DNA of 64,000 bases from Archaeoglobus sp. Lineage in GTDB: Archaea > Halobacteriota > Archaeoglobi > Archaeoglobales > Archaeoglobaceae. Position 1 is the stretch's first letter, and every line of letters begins with the position of its first letter. The notes beneath the pieces are model-generated. The model was not told the origin of the DNA and ran no database searches. It saw only the letters and a list, made by a program, of their open reading frames with translations. Made by a program: the position numbers and the translations under genes. The DNA is taken from NCBI RefSeq assembly GCF_017656475.1, contig NZ_JACDNT010000002.1, positions 33,160 through 97,159 of the forward strand, read 5' to 3'. This document shows positions 58,447-64,000 of the stretch, piece after piece.

Positions 58447-59435
58447 AGCTCGTTCCAGATCTCCTTAATTTCACTGGCATACTCTTCTGGAACGAAAAAC
58501 ACAACACTCTCGTCGTGGAACATTTTCGGATAGAACACGTCGCACCAGTAGTATTTTGCGAACGGTGTCCTCGCAACGATGTTGATGTTCGTCCTGAAAT
58601 GCTCTCCGATTCTGTCAGCGCAGAACATTGAGAAGTTGAACGCGTTCAGACCCTTCTTACCGTAGTACTTCAGAATCTTTACAATTCCTTCAGCAATTCC
58701 ATTAAACTGTTCATCACTCATCTCCGCAAACTCTCTCTCCTCAGGTATGCCCGTAAAGTGGAAAAATCCTTTCGGAGCGAAGGCTGCGATCCAGTCAGTC
58801 TTCTCTGTTCTGCCAACATACCTCTCTCCTTCCTTTTCGACCTCTGCAAGTTTCTTCCAGTAGTCAACACCCTTGCTCTCCTTGAACTCAAGTGCGCTCC
58901 ACTCAAGTCTTGCGAAGTAGTCTGTCGACACCTCACTTATCATTACCTGAATGTGGGGATGCATGATGCTGCTTCCCGAAGGTTTGAGGTAGTTCATCCC
59001 GATTGTTATGTAGTACTTCCCATCCGGGACCTTCTTCACATACTCCTGAATCAGCTTAAAGGCATCATAGAAGTGCTGCTGCCTGAATTCGGATACTGGA
59101 ACGTAGTGCTCCTCCGTCAGCCTTAAAACGAGGGAGTATCTGGAGTAAGGCGTGAGGTTGGAGAAAAGCACACCTTCTCCCCTTTTCCACAGCTCCCCCT
59201 TCATTATCTCAGGATCACGTGATGCCATCTGCTCAATCCTTTCCGGGCAAAAAGGACACCAGGACTTCGTGCTCTCAATCTCCTCCTGAAAGTCCCCGCT
59301 TTGCATCGGAATTGTCTTTTTCAGAATTCTTGATGTCTGCAGCGTCAAAGGGTCGTAGCGTATCTCAACAACGTTCTCCTCGACTTTACCACCAACAAGA
59401 ATCTTCGCAACTTCAACCTCTTTACGAAATTCCAT
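58443..59435 (-). CDS. GalT-family (HIT superfamily branch III) nucleotidyltransferase/phosphorylase-like protein
   Basis: 330 aa with the Zn motif WCPFCPE and active-site-like SSIMHPHIQVM (H-x-H-x-Q). Its stop overlaps the radical SAM start (ATGA). Confidence 0.7.
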   Translation of the reverse strand: MEFRKEVEVAKILVGGKVEENVVEIRYDPLTLQTSRILKKTIPMQSGDFQEEIESTKSWCPFCPERIEQMASRDPEIMKGELWKRGEGVLFSNLTPYSRYSLVLRLTEEHYVPVSEFRQQHFYDAFKLIQEYVKKVPDGKYYITIGMNYLKPSGSSIMHPHIQVMISEVSTDYFARLEWSALEFKESKGVDYWKKLAEVEKEGERYVGRTEKTDWIAAFAPKGFFHFTGIPEEREFAEMSDEQFNGIAEGIVKILKYYGKKGLNAFNFSMFCADRIGEHFRTNINIVARTPFAKYYWCDVFYPKMFHDESVVFFVPEEYASEIKEIWNEL

Positions 59436-59505
59436 GTATTTTCTTGGTTACCGAAGATTTAAAGATTATGAACAACCTTAAAGTTTCCAAGGTGTAGGTG
59501 GTGTG

Positions 59506-60054
59506 ATGAACCTGGATGAACTCCTGCTCCTCATTGAAAAAAACAGAACTCAGCTATCGAAAATTGAGGAAGACTTTTACGAGAAGTTGAGGGAAAGAAT
59601 AGCGGAGCTTGAAGAGCTAAAAAGTTCTGCCGAAGAAAGTGACTTTTTCAGGTATGAAGACGAGATAAGAACGCTGAAAAGGATGCAGAGGAAAATTTTT
59701 GAGCTGAGAACCGGCAAGATCATCAGCGCTGCTTGGGCTGAGGTTTGCGGGCAGCAGTTCAACAGTGATGTTGAGAACATGTGCACTGATGAAAGACTAT
59801 TCTTCAAGAAGCTGATTGAGATAATAAAGGAGTTCAAACGGAGCATTCTGGAAGGAGAGCGGAAGAAAGTTGAGGATAGAGTGCTTTTAAGGATTAAAAA
59901 GGATGTCGAGATACAGGGGGCTGACGGAAAAACATATAAATTGAGGAGGGAAGATGTGGTTACACTCCCTCAGTTGAACGCTGACGCTCTGATCAAAGGC
60001 GGTATCGCTGAGAGAATAGAGGTGAAAGAAGATGAAATATCCCAAGAAGGTTAA
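59506..60054 (+). CDS. GINS51 (Gins15)-like replication protein
   Basis: 182 aa. [30 protein letters not shown], the later [15 protein letters not shown], and a C-terminal beta-rich domain match my recollection of archaeal GINS51 architecture. This is not verified by search. Confidence 0.5.
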   Translation: MNLDELLLLIEKNRTQLSKIEEDFYEKLRERIAELEELKSSAEESDFFRYEDEIRTLKRMQRKIFELRTGKIISAAWAEVCGQQFNSDVENMCTDERLFFKKLIEIIKEFKRSILEGERKKVEDRVLLRIKKDVEIQGADGKTYKLRREDVVTLPQLNADALIKGGIAERIEVKEDEISQEG

Positions 60055-60313
60055 GACGTTCTGCCGGTATTGCGGGAAGCACACTCTTCATGAAGTGGAG
60101 AGAGTTAGCAAGGGAAAGGCAAGTTCACTTAACTGGATCAACAGGCAGAAGAAGAGAAGGGGAAAAGTTGGAAACTTGGGCAAGTTCAGCAAGGTTCCTG
60201 GTGGAGATAAGCCAACGAAGAGAGTCAACATCAGATTCCGCTGCACGGAGTGCAAGAAGGCTCACCACCGCCCGACATGGAGAGCCAAGAGGTTCGAGTT
60301 GATAGAGAAGTGA
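60032..60313 (+). CDS. rpl44e: 50S ribosomal protein L44e
   Basis: 93 aa with [22 protein letters not shown]...[11 protein letters not shown], a zinc-ribbon ribosomal protein. Confidence 0.93.
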   Translation: MKYPKKVKTFCRYCGKHTLHEVERVSKGKASSLNWINRQKKRRGKVGNLGKFSKVPGGDKPTKRVNIRFRCTECKKAHHRPTWRAKRFELIEK

Positions 60314-60325
60314 GGAGGTGGGAGT

Positions 60326-60502
60326 GTGCACAGCAGGTTTGTCAAGGTCAAATGCCCCGACTGCGAGCACGAGCAGATAATTTTTGACCACCCCTCAACA
60401 GTTGTGAAGTGCATAATCTGCGGTAGAACTATTGCAGAGCCAACTGGTGGAAAGGGCAACATAAAGGCAGAGGTTTTAGAGGTTGTTGACCAGACTGAAT
60501 AA
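60326..60502 (+). CDS. rps27e: 30S ribosomal protein S27e
   Basis: GTG 60326 to TAA 60500-02 gives (M)[57 protein letters not shown]. It has the CxxC..CxxC zinc ribbon and the classic position after L44e. It falls below the ORF-track cutoff. Confidence 0.9.
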   Translation: MHSRFVKVKCPDCEHEQIIFDHPSTVVKCIICGRTIAEPTGGKGNIKAEVLEVVDQTE

Positions 60503-60559
60503 ATTTATTTCATTTTGTAAGCTGTTTTAAACTCAAATAACTCCACGACGTTTTAGCAC

Positions 60560-61456
60560 TCATTGAACCAAGTGGGTTATGAATTCCGATACCTTCTCTA
60601 CCAAGGTGAACCTGTACTCCTTACTAGCAAATTCAATAACTGGCTGTAAGACGATTTTGACTTTCGTCTTTTCTCCATTCTCAATATGGCTGACCCACCA
60701 CTCGTCGAGCATTTTATTGTCGAGCTTTATTGTATACGTGAGCGTCGCTTCAGACCTTGGCTGTATGGTAGTTTCAACATTACTTGAACCCTCAGAAAAC
60801 TTGATGCCGTTCATATCAACCAAGTAATGGATCTTCATTATCTTAACCGGAACCAAGTTGTCATTGTAGATCGTAGCTGTGGTTATAACCTCAGTGTAGT
60901 TTTCGTTTACTTCCCCCCAGTATGACTTGGTTGACCTGATTGTTAAACCGGCAGGCCCAATGCTAATCTTCTGTGGCTCGTTTGAGCTTAATCCAGCCAG
61001 TATGTCCGTTTCTATCGGGTTGGAAAGCTCGATGGGATATTTGAATTCCGTAACTTTGAGGTCGAAGACCAAGTAGCCTCTTACATTCATCGTTGACTTC
61101 TCACCGTTCTTAATGTGTGAAACCCACCACTCTGGTATTTTGTCATTTTCAAGCTTCGTTGAGATGAGTATGGTCGACTCTGAGTTTGCTTTAATTTCAG
61201 CTTTTAAAGCTAAACCCTCCCCCATCTTTATGTTATTCATGTAGACTTCAGTTAAAACGTCTTTTAGCGGTAGCGGAATCGGATTGGGATTATAAACAAC
61301 GATTTTTGTTATTATTTCACTCGTTGAAGTCGTTACTTCTCCCCACTCATGACTTACCCCTCTAATCTCCGGTTGACCAATGGTCAACTCTTGGGAGCAC
61401 CCTGCGATAAGGATTGGAATTAAAAGAGCAATCACCAGTATTCTACTAAACCCCAT
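60560..61456 (-). CDS. Lipoprotein with two tandem LEA_2/WHy-like domains
   Basis: 298 aa with lipobox LIAGCSQ. There is an internal duplication: ..IVVYNPNPIPLP..EWWVSHIKNGEKSTMNVRGYLVF and ..ATIYNDNLVPV..EWWVSHIENGEKTKVKIVLQPVI. Confidence 0.7.
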   Translation of the reverse strand: MGFSRILVIALLIPILIAGCSQELTIGQPEIRGVSHEWGEVTTSTSEIITKIVVYNPNPIPLPLKDVLTEVYMNNIKMGEGLALKAEIKANSESTILISTKLENDKIPEWWVSHIKNGEKSTMNVRGYLVFDLKVTEFKYPIELSNPIETDILAGLSSNEPQKISIGPAGLTIRSTKSYWGEVNENYTEVITTATIYNDNLVPVKIMKIHYLVDMNGIKFSEGSSNVETTIQPRSEATLTYTIKLDNKMLDEWWVSHIENGEKTKVKIVLQPVIEFASKEYRFTLVEKVSEFITHLVQ

Positions 61457-61561
61457 GCTTTGGCTTCAGATTTAAAGTCTATATTTTTTCTGAGATTTTT
61501 ACTAACCTAACACCATATACATGTAAAATAAAATTATCAAGAAAAAACAGTATAGACCAAA

Positions 61562-61924
61562 TTAAACTAAAGCCAAAACTCCTGACATAAGTTTTACAAT
61601 AACCTCTATTTCCTTAAAGCCCAGCAGCAACAGGAGGTTGTGGAAAGAGCATACTCCAAGGACGGCTGTAGAGGCTGTCAGGCCCACCACAATCCCAAGA
61701 TGAACTCCTTTATTCAGAGGAAAGTTGAGTTTTCGAGTTGAGAGGACGAGGGCGAAAATTGTGGCTAAGATAGCAACTTTGAGAAGAAGAAATGATGCCG
61801 GTGTCAAGGAGGCTACAAACTCGTTAAGTTCCCGAAATCCCATTTCGATGCCTTTTACTGTGGTGAGGTAATCCGTCAGGTTCACAATTGCGAATGTTGT
61901 TAGCAGTAACTTGATTTTCTTCAT
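61562..61924 (-). CDS. Small polytopic membrane protein (DUF5658-like)
   Basis: ATG 61924 gives MKKIKLLLTTFAIVNLTDYLTT.... It is 120 aa with four hydrophobic helices. The family assignment is tentative. Confidence 0.5.
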   Translation of the reverse strand: MKKIKLLLTTFAIVNLTDYLTTVKGIEMGFRELNEFVASLTPASFLLLKVAILATIFALVLSTRKLNFPLNKGVHLGIVVGLTASTAVLGVCSFHNLLLLLGFKEIEVIVKLMSGVLALV

Positions 61925-62013
61925 TGTACTTACAATATTGAAATTACAATATAACAATTTCTGTTTTGTAAAAGTTTCTTTGTAAAAGTTTTAGGGCATC
62001 AAAGTTTTTATAG

Positions 62014-62910
62014 ATGTCTTCACTCCTTCAAGTGATGGTCATTACAGAGATTGCAGTTCTGCTTTCAGCCCTCGTTCTTGATTTTTTCATTGCAGAACCA
62101 CCCGCATTGCTGCATCCGGTTGTCTGGTTTGGCAAGTTGATATCATTGTTTGAAAAAATCAAGTTCAGCAGGAGAAAAGTAGAAATTCTCTACGGAACTT
62201 TTTGCTGCTTATCAATCATCTCTCTTGCCCTGATACTTGCCTTACTCCCTCTCCCTTACCCAGCAAGTTTTCTCTGGTCTGCGTATCTGCTCTTCTCAGC
62301 TATTTCGATCAGGAGCATGGTGAACCACGCGAAGGCATGCATAGTAAACGGCTTGGACAGGAAAGCGGTTCAAATGATTGTAAGCAGGAATACGGGAGAG
62401 CTGAGCGAGGAGCAGCTTTGTTCTGCCGTCATAGAGTCCGTTGCGGAAAATTACGTTGATGGAGTGGTTGCACCCCTCTTCTATTTCGCAATATTTGGAG
62501 TTGCCGGTGCTGTAGTCTACAGAGCGGTAAACACGTGTGATGCAATGATCGGCTACAGGAAGGGCAGGTACGAGGCTTTTGGAAAGTTTGCTGCCAGATT
62601 GGATGATTTGCTCAACTACATTCCCGCAAGACTTTCGTTAGTCTTCTTTGAGTTTTTGAGGAGGGGAGCGATTATTTACGGTTTGAAGAACAACGTGAAG
62701 CTAAACGGCTGTGCAATTTCTTCCATTTCCTACGTTCTCGGAGCAAAGCTCGAAAAGCCCGGACATTACTCGTTACCGGGCAAAAGTCCGGATGTGAAGG
62801 ACGTTGAGAGGGCAATAAGTGCTTTCATCACCCTCAGTTTGCTTGCCGTAATTTTCACGGTGATCATGACTGCGATCAGGATAGTGTTATTAACAAAGCT
62901 GCAACTCTGA
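62014..62910 (+). CDS. cbiB: Adenosylcobinamide-phosphate synthase CbiB/CobD
   Basis: 298 aa with EPPALLHPVVWFGKLI, ESVAENYVDGVVAPLFY and DAMIGYR. Confidence 0.88.
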   Translation: MSSLLQVMVITEIAVLLSALVLDFFIAEPPALLHPVVWFGKLISLFEKIKFSRRKVEILYGTFCCLSIISLALILALLPLPYPASFLWSAYLLFSAISIRSMVNHAKACIVNGLDRKAVQMIVSRNTGELSEEQLCSAVIESVAENYVDGVVAPLFYFAIFGVAGAVVYRAVNTCDAMIGYRKGRYEAFGKFAARLDDLLNYIPARLSLVFFEFLRRGAIIYGLKNNVKLNGCAISSISYVLGAKLEKPGHYSLPGKSPDVKDVERAISAFITLSLLAVIFTVIMTAIRIVLLTKLQL

Positions 62911-62915
62911 AACCA

Positions 62916-64000
62916 ATGAACTGCAGCGCCTGCGATGGCAAGGGGTATGTAGAGATCGAAAAGGATTGCGAGATTTGCGGTGGAACCGGGAAGGCAAAGA
63001 GCTTCGACCCGAAGATAACTGCTGAGCTATCCGATGAGCAGATAAAGATGTTCATGAACGGTGTGTGTGGAGTATGCAGAGGAACGGGGAAGGTAAAAAT
63101 CATGGAGGTCTGCAAGGAGTGCAAAGGCACGGGAAAGGCGGGAAGATGCAAAATTTGCGGAGAAAGAGTTATTGGCAACCACGATCTCTGCAGCAGGTGC
63201 AGGAGACAGCCGCACGCTTACAGGCTGAAAAACAGTTGCGGGATTGAAGATGTCAGAATAAACAGAGTTTACGTCGGTACGGTCTCGGCTGTTACGGATA
63301 TAGGCGTCTTCGTCAATCTAAACAAGAGGTTGAGGGGGCTAATTCACAGAAAGAACCTGGGAAACAACAGGTTTTCTGAGGACGAGGAAGTTCTGGTTCA
63401 GGTGAGCGGGATAGGGTTCAGCGGAGAGATCGATCTGAAGCCGGTCAAAATGGACGATTACAAGGTGGTGGAGATATCAAAAGAGGTGGAGAGAGTTGAG
63501 ATTTCGGATCTTGAGAAATACATAGGAAAGATGGTTGAGGTTAGGGGGCTGGTTACGCACATCAAGGTGACTGGAGGGCCAACAATTTTCACACTGCTTG
63601 ACGGTAAGGCAAGTGTGCAGGCTGCTGCATTCGAAGGGGGCGAGAGGGCGTATCCTGAGGTTGGAGTTGATGACGTAGTAAGAATAATAGGGATAGTCAA
63701 AAAGAGGGACACCAAGTTCCAGATTGAAATTCTTGAGATGGAGAAGCTTTTGGGAGAGGACGCTTACGAGATAAGGAAGAGAGTCGAGGCTGAGATTGAG
63801 AGAGCCTGTGAGCCTGATTTCAAAGGTTTCCTGATCGAGAGCGATGTTCTTGAGGCACTGAAGGAGGACATGATGAGTGTTGCCAAAGAGCTGAAGAAAG
63901 CAATCTACGAGTCGAGGCCAGTGATAATCAGGCATCACTGGGATGCAGACGGTACTTGCGGAGGTGTGGCTCTGGAGAAGGCCCTCATCGACCTGGTTGA
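62916..64000 (+). CDS. RecJ-like DHH phosphoesterase with N-terminal DnaJ-type zinc finger, S1 and OB-fold domains; 3' end beyond window
   Basis: ATG 62916, open to the window end, and absent from the track. It has four CxxCxGxG motifs (CSACDGKG, CEICGGTG, CGVCRGTG, CKECKGTG) plus CKICG..CSRC. The S1-like segment is VYVGTVSAVTDIGVFVNL..GLIH and the OB-like segment is VEVRGLVTHIKVTGGPTIFTLLDG. DHH motif I is IIRHHWDADGTCGG. Confidence 0.7.
   Translation, partial: MNCSACDGKGYVEIEKDCEICGGTGKAKSFDPKITAELSDEQIKMFMNGVCGVCRGTGKVKIMEVCKECKGTGKAGRCKICGERVIGNHDLCSRCRRQPHAYRLKNSCGIEDVRINRVYVGTVSAVTDIGVFVNLNKRLRGLIHRKNLGNNRFSEDEEVLVQVSGIGFSGEIDLKPVKMDDYKVVEISKEVERVEISDLEKYIGKMVEVRGLVTHIKVTGGPTIFTLLDGKASVQAAAFEGGERAYPEVGVDDVVRIIGIVKKRDTKFQIEILEMEKLLGEDAYEIRKRVEAEIERACEPDFKGFLIESDVLEALKEDMMSVAKELKKAIYESRPVIIRHHWDADGTCGGVALEKALIDLV

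Overview
This 64-kb window looks like compact, mostly housekeeping chromosome of a hyperthermophilic euryarchaeon. From memory the gene content and order resemble Archaeoglobaceae; I could not verify this by search. I support about 70 protein genes and coding density is very high. Many neighbouring genes overlap by 4-23 nt, and three convergent gene pairs overlap at their 3' ends.

Archaeal hallmark genes:
- Translation and replication: aIF1/SUI1, EF-1alpha, S10, L44e, S27e, Top6A, a GINS51-like protein and a RecJ-like DHH protein.
- Cofactor genes: CofD (F420) and archaeal phosphopantothenate synthetase.

Core metabolism:
- tRNA synthetases and processing: GlyRS, AspRS, RNase Z.
- Amino-acid and nucleotide metabolism: PyrF, IlvE, Hom, GlnA, a GltB-like protein, LeuA/CimA.
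- Central carbon: SucCD, ApgM, RpiA, SurE.
- Cofactors: two MoeA genes, CbiB.

Less ordinary parts:
1. A gap-free 11-gene minus-strand operon (37193-46514). It joins a Liv-type ABC importer to an acyl-CoA dehydrogenase, a crotonase, two DUF35 proteins and two thiolase-fold paralogues. By eye the paralogues lack the canonical thiolase Cys/His residues.
2. A cell-envelope cluster (25472-30675). It holds a 968-aa PGF-CTERM, Thr-rich S-layer-like glycoprotein and two paralogous coiled-coil, C-terminally anchored proteins with SlaB-like architecture.
3. Several non-coding oddities: a GC-only hairpin upstream of the S-layer gene, and a triplicated 9-mer forming a 12-bp inverted repeat between a wHTH regulator and an MFS gene.
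4. Three plausible genes below the 60-aa ORF-track cutoff (a ferredoxin, S27e and a 59-aa charged ORF), plus two edge-truncated genes absent from the track.

I saw no tRNA, rRNA, CRISPR array, transposase/integrase or obvious prophage or defence genes. This is by-eye reading only, with no tRNAscan, Rfam or HMM runs. All family calls are motif recognition, not database hits.
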